From Paraphysomonas bandaiensis (lineage: Eukaryota > Protista > Chrysophyceae): DNA of 64,000 nucleotides. Below the pieces are notes generated by a model, which saw nothing but the letters and a program-made list of their open reading frames with translations, made no database searches and was not told where the DNA came from. A program made the position numbers and the translations under genes. The stretch lies in the NCBI GenBank assembly GCA_965644295.1, contig CBFFRP010000378.1, forward strand, positions 62,001 to 126,000, written 5' to 3'. Below, piece by piece: positions 37,101-48,119 of the stretch (positions are counted from its first letter, which is position 1; each line of letters begins with the position of its first letter).

Positions 37101-38318
37101 AGCTATGCTGTTACTGTTAACAGTATTTGAAGCAAGCTCATAAAGTACCTCTGCCGCCTTAATCTTGCCCTCTACACTGCCCTCACGCAACAAAGCAATC
37201 AATGCAGATGTACCGCCCTCACGAGCTATGCTGATACTGTTATCGGCGTTTGAAGCAAGCTCATAAAGTATCATTGCCACCTTCATCTTACCCACCGCAG
37301 TGCCCTCTCGCAACAACGCAATCAATGCAGATATACCACCCTCACGACCTATGCTAATACTGTTTTCGGCGTTCGCAGCAAGTTTCTGAAGTACCGCTGC
37401 CGCCTTAATCTTGCCCTCTGCACTGCCCTCACGCAACAAAGCAATCAATGCAGATATACCGCCCTCACGAGCTATGCTAATACTGTTATCGGCGTTTGAA
37501 GCAAGTTTCTCAAGTACCGCTGCCGCCTTAATCTTGCCCTCAGCACTGCCCTCACGCAACAAAGCAATCAATGCAGATATACCGCCCTCACGACCAATGC
37601 TAACTCTGTTATCGGCGTTTGCAGCAAGCTCATAAAGTATCACTGCTGCCTTAATCTTGCCCTCTGCACTGCCCTCACGCAGCAAAGCTATCGACCGAAT
37701 AATTGCATCATCTGCTTTTGTTGTTCTATATGTTGTCTCATCTGAATGTCGATCATGATTATATCCAGAAGAAGCATTTGTTCCTTCACCAGTTAATGGA
37801 GGGACTGGAAGAGCGTGTTGCTGACTGTCGTTTACAGTCATTCGACTCTGTAACTGTATAATATGTGAGTGAATTTGCTCCTTTTCACTACAAAGTGTTT
37901 CATATTCCAAATCTAAACGTGAACTACTCGACAGTAATTCATTTAATCGTTCTTGTGTGTCTTTAATCTGTTGTTTGATTACTTGTGAGTTATGTCTGAT
38001 CTCTCCCATTTGTGTTGATATTTCTTCCTTTTTTCTTATATTTATAGCAATTTTTGATTGAATTTGTTCGAAGTCTTCAGTCTCACATAATGAACGCTTA
38101 TGATTGGCTGATAAAGAAGTATGACGACAAAAGTCAATTACTGTGAAATTTCTTGGAATTTTATTAATATCAGGTGAAAATCGTTGTGAACATATGGGGC
38201 ATTTATTTGCGCTCAGTTGACTTAAACATGTGATGCAAAGGGTGTGTCCACAGGGTAAGCTTCGAGGATCATACTCTCCCCCATCAGTGTAATCATAACT
38301 ACAACTTGGACACTCCAT
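31152..38318 (-). CDS. RING finger (C3HC4) / coiled-coil / about 53 tandem 41-aa armadillo repeats; putative E3 ubiquitin ligase, intronless
   Basis: CPSC..PRSLPCGHTLCITC..CPIC then RNFTV, heptad-rich region (about aa 80-160), then 123-bp repeats of consensus IAREGGISALIALLREGSAEGKIKAAAVLxKLAxNADNSIS. Uninterrupted 7167-bp ORF. Confidence 0.95.
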   Translation of the reverse strand: MECPSCSYDYTDGGEYDPRSLPCGHTLCITCLSQLSANKCPICSQRFSPDINKIPRNFTVIDFCRHTSLSANHKRSLCETEDFEQIQSKIAINIRKKEEISTQMGEIRHNSQVIKQQIKDTQERLNELLSSSSRLDLEYETLCSEKEQIHSHIIQLQSRMTVNDSQQHALPVPPLTGEGTNASSGYNHDRHSDETTYRTTKADDAIIRSIALLREGSAEGKIKAAVILYELAANADNRVSIGREGGISALIALLREGSAEGKIKAAAVLEKLASNADNSISIAREGGISALIALLREGSAEGKIKAAAVLQKLAANAENSISIGREGGISALIALLREGTAVGKMKVAMILYELASNADNSISIAREGGTSALIALLREGSVEGKIKAAEVLYELASNTVNSNSIAREGGISALIALLRKGSAEGKLISAAVLCKLALYADNSIRIGREDDISALIALLREGSAEGKVMATAVLDKLASNAVNIVSIAREGGISALIALLREGSAEGKIKAAVVLGKLAANADNSVSIGREGGISALIGLLGEGYAEDKMLLAGVLDELAANADNSIRIARDGGVYVLIALLREGSAECKVKAAAVIEKLVSINDVSISIAREGGISALIALLREGIAEGRVKAAAVLEKFAANADYSISIAREGGISALIALLREGSVEGKIKAAVVLYKLASNADNKVSIAREGGISALIALLREGSADGKIMATEVLYELASNADNSISIAREGGISALIALLRKGSAEGKIKVAAVLGKLAANADNRVCIAREGGISALIALLRKGSAEGKTKAAAALGKLAAKEDNRVNITREGGISALIALLRECSAEGKIIAAAVLDKFTRSCDHSIRIVREGGISALIALLREGSAEGKIKAAAVLGKLASNAGNSIRIAYEGDISALIALLREGSEGDQRLAAAVLNIYSGTDNYSNSIVREGGISALIALLREGSAEAAAVLRKLFGNGNSRVSIAREEDISVLIALLREGSAEGKIMAARVLVQLASNADNGISIAREGGISALIALLREGSADGKIMAARVLGKLAANAGNSISIAREGDISTLIAFLHKLSYGDEGRVAVLDNISSNVAYSTRIDSEGGISALIALLRLDNAEGKITAAAVLHKFASNADNGIARGGGISALIALLREGSAEGKIKAAAVLEKLASNADNSISIAREGGISALIALLREGSGEGKTKAAAVLGKLASNADNRVSIAREGGISALIALLRKRSCEDVCMTAPVLGGLALNTEYRISISREGSISALIALLHLDSAEGKIKAAAVLGKLASNAGNSISIGYQGGVSALIALLREGSREGKVKAAEVLGNLAAMVNNRDRIAREEDISTLITLLREESATVQYTAANVLDKLARSGFNRDRIALEGGISALIDLLREGSAEIKIKATALLEKLAFNTHNVVIIALEDDISALIALLREGSAEGKIKAARVLGKLAANADNSISIAHEGGISALIALLREDIAEGKILAAEVLYELASNADNSISIAREGGISALIALLREGSYYDECMAAAVLGRLASNADNSISIAREGGISALIALLREGSAQVYTMAARVLGNLALHVDKRFSIAREEDISALIALLREGSTVHQRMAAAILGGLAANADNSITIAREDGISALITLLRKGSAECKIKAAAALEKLAANAGNSISIAREGGISALIALLREGSAEGKIKAAAALEKLASNADYSNSIAREEDISALIALLREGIAESKIKVAVVLEKLASNADNSISIGREGGISALIALLRERSTVHQRLAAAVLYELASNADYSIRIAREGGISALIALLREGSADGKIKVAAALYKLASNTDNSISIAREGGISALIALLREGSAEGKLIAARVLGKLAANADNSISIAHEGGISALIALLREGSAEGKIKAAAVLEKLAANAENSISIAREGGISALIALLREGSYYDECMAAAVLGRLASNADNSISIAREGGISALIALLREGSAQVYTMAARVLGNLALHVDKRFSIAREEDISALIALLREGSSVHQHMAAAILGGLAANADNSITIAREDGISALITLLRKGSAECKIKAAAALEKLAANAGNSISIAREGGISALIALLREGSAEGKIKAAAALEKLASNADYSNSIAREEDISALIALLREGIAESKIKVAVVLEKLASNADNSISIGREGGISALIALLRERSTVHQRLAAAVLYELASNADYSISIGREGGISALIALLREGSAEGKIKVAAALYKLASNTDNSSIIAREGGISALIALLREGSAEGKLIAARVLGNLAANADNSISIAREGGISALIALLREGSAEGKIMAARVLGKLASNADNSISIAREGGISALIALLREDSADSKIMAARVLGKLAANADNSISIAREGGISVINALLRDGSVEFDL

Positions 38319-38822
38319 ATCAGATCAGATACAGAAATGAAGAGTGAGCTGAGAGGTACAGTAATATCAACCCACCTCCTGAAGTCTGAATGTGACACCA
38401 GATCTATTCTGTCCTAATTTTTCCAACTGACTGTGGAGGATATCCACTCAGATATACAGACATACTGTATGTATGTGTATAACTACAACTGTAGGGTAAA
38501 GTATTTATCATCATCAGCAGACTGGCGTGATGGAAACTCATATCACATATCACACGTACTCTATCGTAATACTCTCCTTCGTACACGTACTCCGATATTC
38601 CCCTATCGTACTCAGTTACCCGTACTTAAGTACATACGTACCTAACTACTCTTCCTCGTACTTCAGGACCCACCACATAGGTACACCATCATATATTTCT
38701 CAATCTAACCTTCTCCTGCAACATATATGGGGTCTAAACTTCCACAATATCATATCTTTTATATATATTCTACCTACAACTCACATTTCTAGTAAAATGA
38801 CGCATATCAGAATCGTCACACC

Positions 38823-39116
38823 TGCCCCATATTGACATCGTAACTAATTACTGCGTGAGGCCATCTAGTGGGTGCGGCTGAGTGCTGCTGCGATTGCTCG
38901 CCTCTGCCTATGTACACATTGCTTAGTTCAGCGGTTCCCCACCCGGGGTCTCACTGCATATTCAGCGCTGAATACCGTGTGATAGTGATGTAGCTAGTTG
39001 GGTTCAGTAGGTAGCTAGCAAATAACATATGACATATGGGACTTAAATCAAGTATTAGTTAGGTACCCACCCGGTCCCCATCCGAATCTACCTAAGTACG
39101 CGCTCAGAATGGGGCA
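38823..39116. mobile_element. Second, more decayed member of the CCCCATT-terminus MITE family
   Basis: Right end GCGCTCAGAATGGGGCA resembles CCCTCGGAATGGGGCA at 12966-12981. Left end TGCCCCATATTGA is an imperfect inverse. Confidence 0.45.
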
Positions 39117-39376
39117 GAAGCTCAGAGGATAGCATTGTTGAGTTCTGCTGTATAATAGGCAACATAATATTTGACTGTAATTAAAGAGTGAGGTAAAGTG
39201 AGCTCATAACAGGACACTAGCCGAGACAACCCTGAATAAAGTTGAAGAAGAAATGAATAGTATTACCGAATTAGACAAAAAAATCAACTGCAGATCATAA
39301 TAGCGATTCATTAAAATATTCGTGTATTAAATACGAACTCGCATATTACATCAGGGCAACAAAATGAACGCAATAA

Positions 39377-40306
39377 TCAGTTAGGAATCTGACTGGTATC
39401 GATTGTTCGGAGATAAGGTTTGACTGCCTCAAAACTGCCAAACATTTCCATTGCAGCTTCATCAGTTACAGATGGTAGGATGACACATCTATCTCCTACA
39501 TTCCAGTTGACAGGTGTTGCGAGCTTCTTGGCATGAGTAAGTTGAAGGGAGTCAATCACGCGCAATATCTCATCGAAATTCCTTCCCGTGCTTGGGGGAT
39601 AAGTAATAATAAGCTTAATCTTTTTGTCTGGACCAATCACAAAGACAGAACGGACAGTAGCTGGTGCACCTATGACCTCTTCATCATCCATCAGCATACC
39701 ATACGTTGTCACGATACTCCGGTCTCGGTCAGCGATGATCGGGAAGTTGACAGCACAGCCGCCGACTTCTTTAATATCCTCCGACCAAGCAATATCTTCT
39801 TCCACAGAGTCACATGAAATAGCACACACCTACATAAGATGTCACCCATACAATACCGTAAGTGAATATAGACATATGACAGGCATATAGACGAGAGACA
39901 TACAGACGAGAGGCATACAGACAACAGGCATACAGACGAGAGGTATAGAGATGAGAGACATAGAGATGAGAGACATAAAGACAACAGGCATAGAGACGAG
40001 AGGCATAGCTCACCTTCACTCCTCGTCGATCAAACTCAGGTTTAAGACGGGCCATTCTCCCCAATTCAGTGGTACATACAGGTGTGAATGCTTTGGGATG
40101 AGAGCAGAGAATAGCCCATTGTGAACCAATCCAATCATGGAAATTCATGGGCCCGTCTGTTGTTTCTGTATATAGTGATATACTATTAATACATACATAC
40201 ATACATACATACATACATACACACACACACAGAGAGAGAGTGAGATACCTGCTTCAAAATTCGGTGCCACATCTCCTAGTCTTAATCCACGTGCAAAAGT
40301 AGCCAT
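39377..40306 (-). CDS. PRDX6: 1-Cys peroxiredoxin (Prx6 family); 3 exons
   Basis: [19 protein letters not shown]|[37 protein letters not shown]|[44 protein letters not shown]. Confidence 0.97.
39865..40007. repeat. 15-bp minisatellite (GACGAGAGGCATACA-like) in peroxiredoxin intron 2
   Basis: About 9 degenerate 15-nt units. Confidence 0.85.
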
Positions 40307-40758
40307 CAGTATAGTGGTTATGTAATGAAGGTTATGTTAATGAGTGTGAGTTGATAGAATGAGAAGGAGGTGTGTGTGTATGTATGTATGGAGATCCTGC
40401 TGCTGTATGAGAGTGCAATAGGAATGATCTAGATACATCTACCCTACACTCACATATATATATATATAGGCATATATAGGCATCTATAGGCGTATATAGG
40501 CATAGGAACACTGTAAACTGCTGCTGGTACTGTATATATCCTATCTTCAACGTACTGCTCTTACACTTCTCATTACAAATAATAAAATTATATTCCAAAA
40601 ACTGCCGATAATATTAAAAATACGAACTTTATATAATTCTACCACATCAAAATTGGCATTTTATAGGTAGAGATCCACCTGGAAACGACTTAGTTTTAAA
40701 GGTAAGGAATGAGCCCATTGCAAGATATTCAGATTAATACGAGTAAAAGAATCAAGAA

Positions 40759-41319
40759 ATGCATTTAGAACCTGTTACTATTGATGATTTATCTTTGTAT
40801 GAGAGTATGTTTTGTGATGAGATATATATGAAAGATCTTGGAGGGGCACAGCCACGAGATAAGGTGCCTGGTATACTGCAACAACAAGTCAATTGCATGG
40901 AATCGGGAAAGGTTGAGCTTTGTTGCATGCATGTATTGTAATCTTTAATTTTATGACAGGGATGGGTATACAAGGTTATGGTTCCTAGTGAATCTGAAGG
41001 AATAGATGTGGCAGTAGGTACAGTCTGTCTGTGGGAAGGCTGGTGGGACAAAGAGAACTGTGCAATCAGTGAATTGGGTTTTGGAATTGTGAGATCATTT
41101 CAAGGGAGAGGATATGGTAGCGCAGCCTTGTCAATGTTGATGAATATGGTGGCAAGTACCCAATCTAGTCGATGGGGGGATATTCATGCGTTCACAAGCT
41201 GCGAGAATGGCAGTTCAAACCGCGTCCTAGAAAAAAGTGGGTTTAAACTCATAGGAAAAGAAAATATGGTTTATGACGGACGCTCCTTTCCGGGTAATCA
41301 CTGGGTATTTAGCAGATAG
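40759..41319 (+). CDS. GNAT N-acetyltransferase, RimJ/RimL (Acetyltransf_3) type; intron 40912-40959
   Basis: ELGFGIVRSFQGRGYGS (acetyl-CoA motif A) and ENGSSNRVLEKSGF. A 48-nt GT-AG intron joins ..MESGK|GWVYKV in frame. Confidence 0.9.
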
Positions 41320-41739
41320 GTGCCGATTGGGCGTTCTTTTGTGCTTCTTTTCATATATGAAATGTGTGTAACTTTGGCACTACAGTGCACTTACTTTAGT
41401 GGCAGTATGTTCTGAATCTTATCCCTATAATTGAATAGCATGCTGGTGTAGATACGGAGCTATACAGCTATGTACTTCCTTCTGTATTTGATAAACTTCT
41501 TGCTATGGGTAATAATATAGTAATTAAATAAAGGACCAGCCTTATTTCTCGTTTTTATTTTTCATCGGTATTTATCTTTAAGAACTATATATATTCTTTA
41601 TTATAGGTTACAGCCAGATTACTCACAGTAGGTTTCAAGTACTTAAAACGCTGCCACCCTTTTCCACAAATACAGTCTAATTTGTCGCATTTAAATTTTT
41701 TATGCCTGCAACAGATCAGAGTGAAAGAGAACAAAAATC

Positions 41740-43362
41740 TTATAAGAACTTTGGAAATTGAAATAAATCAAACTCCATATTCTGATATTTCGAGAACACC
41801 ACTATTGCAACATAAGCTAGGACGGCTGCTGCAGTCGTCCCTCCATACATCATAGTCTTGTCAAGTCTATGATATAACCGCTCTTCGTTGGCTGTGTGAC
41901 TTCCCACATCTAAGTGCCGAATACATTCTTTTAAACGATGTAACGTGCATGTACCAGTGAGAAGACGTAGCTTATTCGAGGGGCCAATATCACCAAGGTT
42001 TCCTACTGCCCACAGTGAAAACTCTTCGATCGTCGCATCTTCCGCTAATGAAGGAGTACTGCGATACCGTGGACTCCTGTGAAAGTCAACATTTAGGTGC
42101 AAGTCATTAACGTGAAGACCCAGCTATACCTGTTTATTAACTCCCGTAGGACAACACACAGTCGCTTCGCCTCCGCCAATTCTGATGATTCACTCTCTTC
42201 GACTTCACTCGAAGCAATATCTGGAGAGTCAACACCACCTTCTGGTAGACGCTCTGGACCAAAAGGAGCAGCGACCACTGTATAGGAATCCTCGCTGCGT
42301 GTATCTGGAGAGCCTATAGATCCGTTTGGCAACTCAGAAGGGTTGAAATCTGGTAGCACTTGATCTTCGCTGCTATCTACTATGTCCCTTGATTCAATGT
42401 GCAATCCGGAATATATGGTTGTTCGTGGTGTAGTGTATGGCACTGTACTTAAAGGAGGGAAAGGAACCCAAGGTCTGCTTTCTGTGGATAGTTCTCTGTC
42501 GCATATGGATTCTAGCTCACAATAGTGCAGCCCAGCAGTTCCCTCCTCCTCTACATATACTGGTGAATAATGTATGCATAAATCGTATTGTTATAATTTT
42601 GTACCGTATATATCCTTGATTCGATACCGGCCATTCATCACTTTGGCCTCAACACAACATCTGCCATCTGCACGTGTACCAGTTAATATATGCAAATATA
42701 TTGTTCTCACGTACCTCGAAGGAACTCAATCTCCCGTATTTGTGCTACCAATGCGACATCGAGGTTATCAATTTGGACACAGGCAAACCGGCGAGTGGTA
42801 TTAGCAACACGATGCATCATCAACTACAATAAAGTTCAAGAAAAGCGTGACATATATGTCGCGTTTGTAATAAATACCTTATACTTCTCCTCAAAAAAGC
42901 GAGCCGTAAATATAAATCCCGGGTAGATGTCATAAAAAGTACAGAAGTAGATAGGAACAAAGTTCTTCCACGTCTCTCTCTCAGAGCGTGCATCCATGAG
43001 TCGACTATTGTACAACTGTGGATTTGTTGCCACAGCAATACTCATTAGCATAACGTTCTACATCATAACGTTATCAATGTATAATATAGTGAATATAAAG
43101 TACCTCTTTAGCTTCCTCAGGACATATATTACAAACTGAGCGACATGTCATACATCTCTTTATTTTAGATTGTGACATATACTGCACTAAACACAGACGA
43201 CAGAATGAATGACCACATGGAATAGTTATCTACCAATACAGATAGTAAGATATGTATTATATAAACAATATCAATTACCGGTTCACATATTAGAGATAAG
43301 CAAACTGGACATTCAACAAGACGTTCAATATCATTGTAGTATGTATCCTCATTACTATGCAT
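41740..43362 (-). CDS. RING finger + LON-peptidase N-terminal (PUA-like) domain protein (LONRF-like) with C-terminal transmembrane helix; multi-exon
   Basis: VECPVCLSLICEP|ITIPCGHSFCRLCLV..RCMTCRSVC, then IYPG..ARFFEEKY, DGRCCVEAKVMNGRYRIKD, FSLWAVG..KLRLLTGTCTLHRL, and terminal hydrophobic AAAVLAYVAIVVF. Start is uncertain. Confidence 0.82.
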
Positions 43363-43700
43363 TCTATCTGATTATATATATATATAGTACAGTTATAAGA
43401 GAGAGGTTACATATCTAAATTCTCATATGAATAGATTATGTATACATTAAAGAGTGTTAAGGGATTTATTGTGTATTATTAAACGATCTTATTAAGTGGG
43501 TCATTAACACTGACTTGATGCAGGCTTTATAGCAGCAGTACATCTCGCTCTTTCCATATGTATAATCTTTGTGTATCTACAATGTATAGAAATTACCCTT
43601 TTTTTAATTATTTATCATGAAAATGGATGGTTTATTTTAATTTCGGCACTTTTAGGTCTTCCTTGATCGATTTTTCAGCCCTTGTCCTTCATACACACCA

Positions 43701-43878
43701 CAGTGGTGTCCATATCCAGCATACCGTATCGGCATCCTTTGTGTATTTTTGTTCCAAGATGCCTCTAATATTGAGACAATAATTATATGTATTTCAGACG
43801 TAGTTGTACTTCACTAAAATAGAAGTTTTCTGCTTCTACTTTTTTCCGAAAAATAACATGCTGACTGCCGATACGACC
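43701..43878 (+). mobile_element. Third, diverged copy of the MITE family at 28919-29217
   Basis: GCATCCTTTGT..ATGCCTCTAATATTGAG.CAATAATTAT..CCGAAAAATAA.ATGCTGACTGCCGATACGA aligns over about 150 bp. Starts CAGTGGTG and contains inverted CGTATCGGCA/TGCCGATACG. Confidence 0.75.
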
Positions 43879-44677
43879 TAGATAGAAGGATCTTCTCACT
43901 CTCTTATGCCTGCCTTAAACTGAATATATAGAGAGGGAGGGTGTATGTCGAGGTTTACTTGATCGAATGATTCAGTGATGGTTTAATGTAAGACAATGAT
44001 TCAGTATACTAGACGTTTGAGTAAGCGTTTGATTAAGAATAGTTTGATTATGTATACATCACAACAAGACGGAAATATGTGGAATATATCGATATACAGA
44101 TACATATATATGTATGTATGAAAGTATAATTAATACAACGACAAAGTTTGTCTAAGATTCCAAATTATTTTACGGAAGTGTATAGCACATCTGTCTAGAT
44201 TCTAGATACAGCGATGAAATTGATTACTGAGTTTACGAAATCTATTTAGTCACATTAGAATTTCATTTTGTTAGTTTCCAATGAATTAGTGAATGCAGAA
44301 ATCATTTCTAGTGTAGACTATTGTTTAATATGAGGTATATTATACCGTTGCATGTACTAACTTCACTCAATCACACACAACGAAATCAAAGAATAAAAGG
44401 TGTGTGAGGTTCTGTATATTCCCTGCAGTGCGTAGCTAGAAGCGTTTGTTATTTTGATGAGACGAATTACATAGAGCACTTAGCATGACATAACTCATTA
44501 TTACTACCAACTTCCCCATCTGCACTTCTGCAATAACTGCGCATCTACCTTGCGCTTCTCTTCTGCCCCCCCAATACACTACCTACTGTTTCTAGATATA
44601 TCTATCCATCTCTAAAGGACGCATGTCACCGGAAATATATCCAACGCATGCACTTTTATCAGGCTGGTTGACAGATA

Positions 44678-46746
44678 TTAGCGCCCGTCACTGCTCTTAA
44701 CATGGTCTTCTCCAGCTCCTTCCAGGCCCATAATGACATTGTCTGAATCCAGCATAGCTGATATATTTGCGCTGTCTAAAGATGTAGTTCTCTGTCTTCC
44801 ACCGAGCCGGGATCGGGGTGACCCCATGGAGGGTGTGTGTGTATAACTATGTGGCGATGCTGTTCCCCTAGGCTTCTCATCTGTGGCATGATATCGACTT
44901 GGTGACCCGCCTTCAGCTTCCACCGACCGTGTTCGTCTTCGCCCTAACTCCACAAACCTCAATGCCGATCCCTCATCTTTTCCCCCATCGCTAAGACCAT
45001 GGGAGCTTGCCAATATATCATCTACCTTATCTCCAAATGCACTCTCCAAGAACGATCCCATAGCCCCAAAATATCCTTCATGTTCCAAGAATAGAGCTTC
45101 CATAGTCTGCTTTGACCAGAAGCTGATTGCAAATGCCAACCGGCGACATGAAATATTATTATGTCGCATAAAGTTTCCGACAAAGAATATCTTTCTACAG
45201 CTGTGTAACTGGGCGTTCAGATATGCCACTTGACCAATATTGTTCGTAATCATCATCAACAGTGCAATAGCTAAATCTTCCTCCTGAAGTCCCTCATGTG
45301 GATTCTCCGCCATTACTAGCTTACCGAAAGATGATGCCACCATGCTTCCTACGAATAAAATAGAAGTCGAATCAGATATTCAACAGAATTGATGACAGTT
45401 TCCAATACAATTTCGCCAACAGCTAGCAGTGTTCATCGCTCTCCTATTATACATATCTACGATCTCACCTTTAAGATTCATCTGATCGTAGTTAGACCCG
45501 TAAATATCTCGAACCAGCATGTCAACTTCACTGTTGTCTCCCGATTCTGCCATGTCCAACACCTCCTCAAACGTTGTGCACCGGGTAAAGAGTCGGCAAA
45601 GTCCCCAGTATGTGCCTCCTCCTATACTAGTACCACTAACTCTTTCAAACTGGCCAGGACCAGTTACTTTCATAATGCTTACACCGGACCCTATGTTGAC
45701 GACCAAGTACGGAAACGGGTCGGTAGCCGTCAGTACATGGTACGGAATTTGAACCTAAATATAGAAATTGGTGATTTCAAGCATGCTGTCATAGCAATCA
45801 TAAGAGCGTATGCATTAAAAGACATGAAAAATGTAGTTATCATATAGCGGTTATCTACCTTATGAACATAGTCTTTGGCGTCCCTCTGCCACACTTTATC
45901 CTGGTCAGAGGCATCCTCATCATACCTAGTACACAATATAATATGAATAGGAGCATGTAGCATACTGTAAATAGAAAATCATATTTCAAATAATGCAATC
46001 ACTACTGCGATACTGAACACACGCTACAATATGGATGGTACGGGCTGGGTACCTGTATGTATAACATTCACTGGGGTAATTCATCAGTATGAAGTGCATT
46101 CCTCGAATTAAACACTGCAACTCATCAAACTTTAAGACATCAATGTCCAGGTGGTCGTGAATGCATTGAGAATATTTATGGGCTCCGCCGCCAGTACACC
46201 CAATGCTCTTTATATCCTGGGTCACATCAGTAGCGCTCAAGTGTTGAATAGCTGTCTCTAACATCCTAGTTTCAAACCGAATGAAGTGGAAACGACCGCC
46301 TAGAATACTCGAGTAGAATCCCAAAGCCTGGTCTCGACGCCCAGTTTGACCTAATAGCTGTTGGCTCTGCATAGCTTGGTATATCTGCTCCAATGCAGCC
46401 TGGTGTGCGGGGGTGTCGAAATGATCAAAACTCTTATCGCGCGATAATGGAGGCTGATTAACAGATCCATTCTCATCATCCTTCCCCTTTGCACTAGGTC
46501 GTTTTTCAAAATATACAATTTTCGATAAAGTTCCGCCAATATCCATACCAAATATCCCTGTTTAATATATCATACGCTATACACCAGGCTGATTATATAC
46601 GTATCACCTCCAATATTGACCGATCCTTCCTTCTTTCTCTTACGTCTCTTTGATATCTCTTTCTTCATACGCCATCTAGTAAATCCAACAAATGCCACAG
46701 CAGCTGTTAAAGCCAAACATATCATAAAAGAGTGACGTTTTGACAT
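44678..46746 (-). CDS. PANK: Type II pantothenate kinase (fumble family) with N-terminal membrane anchor; 5 exons
   Basis: FGMDIGGTLSKIVY, CTGGGAHKY, DELQCLIRG, FPYLVVNIGSGVSI, RVSGTSIGGGTYWGL, VDMLVRDIYG, VASSFGK, ITNNIGQVA, FVGNF, LFLEHEGYFGAMG. Confidence 0.96.
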
Positions 46747-48119
46747 ATGTTTCTATTAATATATGAGTGCTATGAAATATATATATATATATGAGTTATG
46801 TGTTGTAAAGGGGTAATAACTACATCATATTCATGACAAGTACACACATATTAGTTTGATTAGTGTGATTATTTTGTCAATGAATTGTTGTGTAGATTGA
46901 TCTCTATGTGGTATGGTTACATGATTATACTCACTCATCATATATACATACTCTGTATATTAGTGTGGCTGTATATATATATACCTACACGATACATATA
47001 TGTATACAGCAGTATATTATATATATATATATGTAGTATATTATAGTACAATTCCTACTGTCGCCTGTAGCCTTTCCACTCTAAATATCCCACTTTTCGA
47101 ATTTTCGAAACTAATTTTCGGCTTATTTTCCTAATTTTCACATACCAAAAAAACACAATGCTTGTTGCTCCTGGTACGGTATATATACAGGAGTATATAC
47201 CGGTATATGGTATAGCAGTGGACACATAGCTACAGCAGTTGTCATAGTATCCATTAGTCCTGGATACAGTAAGAAGTAAGATAGAGAGATGCAGATATCA
47301 AAATTGAGGGTCAGATTAAGTGGTACAATATTCTCTGAATATCTGCATGCATACATGAGTACACGAGACTGTGTATAACTACATGCACCGAGAACATGAA
47401 ACTTCGAATAGGATGCAAACTATACCACATCTATTTGCACATCCTGACATTGGAGCCACTAGGAACAATGCTCAAGGGTCAGATTGCTAGTTAACTATGT
47501 TGCTAGCGCACATGTAATTTGCAGTAGAACTACTGAATTACTAGCGTACAAGCAAACCCGTCCCAATGAACCGTGCAAAGAATAATCACGACATGATGTA
47601 AAGCCGTGGGCTTTTATAACACCCTTGGTAGTTTAATATAATGATATATTGGTATATGCGGTTATAGTATATGAATAATGAATACATAAGTTTTATAAGT
47701 AGTAGGTAGATTGAATTATTAGTAGTTAGCTAATGGAACATGGATATAGACGTAAACCAACGGGTGGCAATCGCGTAGACCAACGAAATCGTGTGTTCGA
47801 GTCCTAGTAGAGCATGTTCGAGGCCTAAAATTAGAAAGTTGGACAATGTTAATATTTCCTTAATCAACTAAGTAAGAATTGGTAAGTAATGATGAAAGAT
47901 TGAGCTGTACGTAGTAAGTAGTAAACGACTGTTCAGATCCTTAGAATTGAATATTTCAAGCACAGAAATAGAAGTACAACAAAGAACAAGAATAATTCCT
48001 CGCACATTTAAGTCGATAATTATAACATAACACTAAAAAGGGATATCTAAAGTAGTTTCTGTTAGCTTTCGCTTCGTGGAGAGAATCATCACTTGAAACG
48101 CGACTAAGTCAAGGGCTTA

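Noticed and set aside
31075-37635. Many plus-strand ORFs (..PSRNKAINADIPPSRAML..)
   Set aside because: Antisense shadows of the ARM repeat array, interrupted by stops.
47740-47825. B-box-like GTTCGAGTCC suggesting a tRNA or SINE
   Set aside because: No T-stem pairing, acceptor stem or cloverleaf can be formed.
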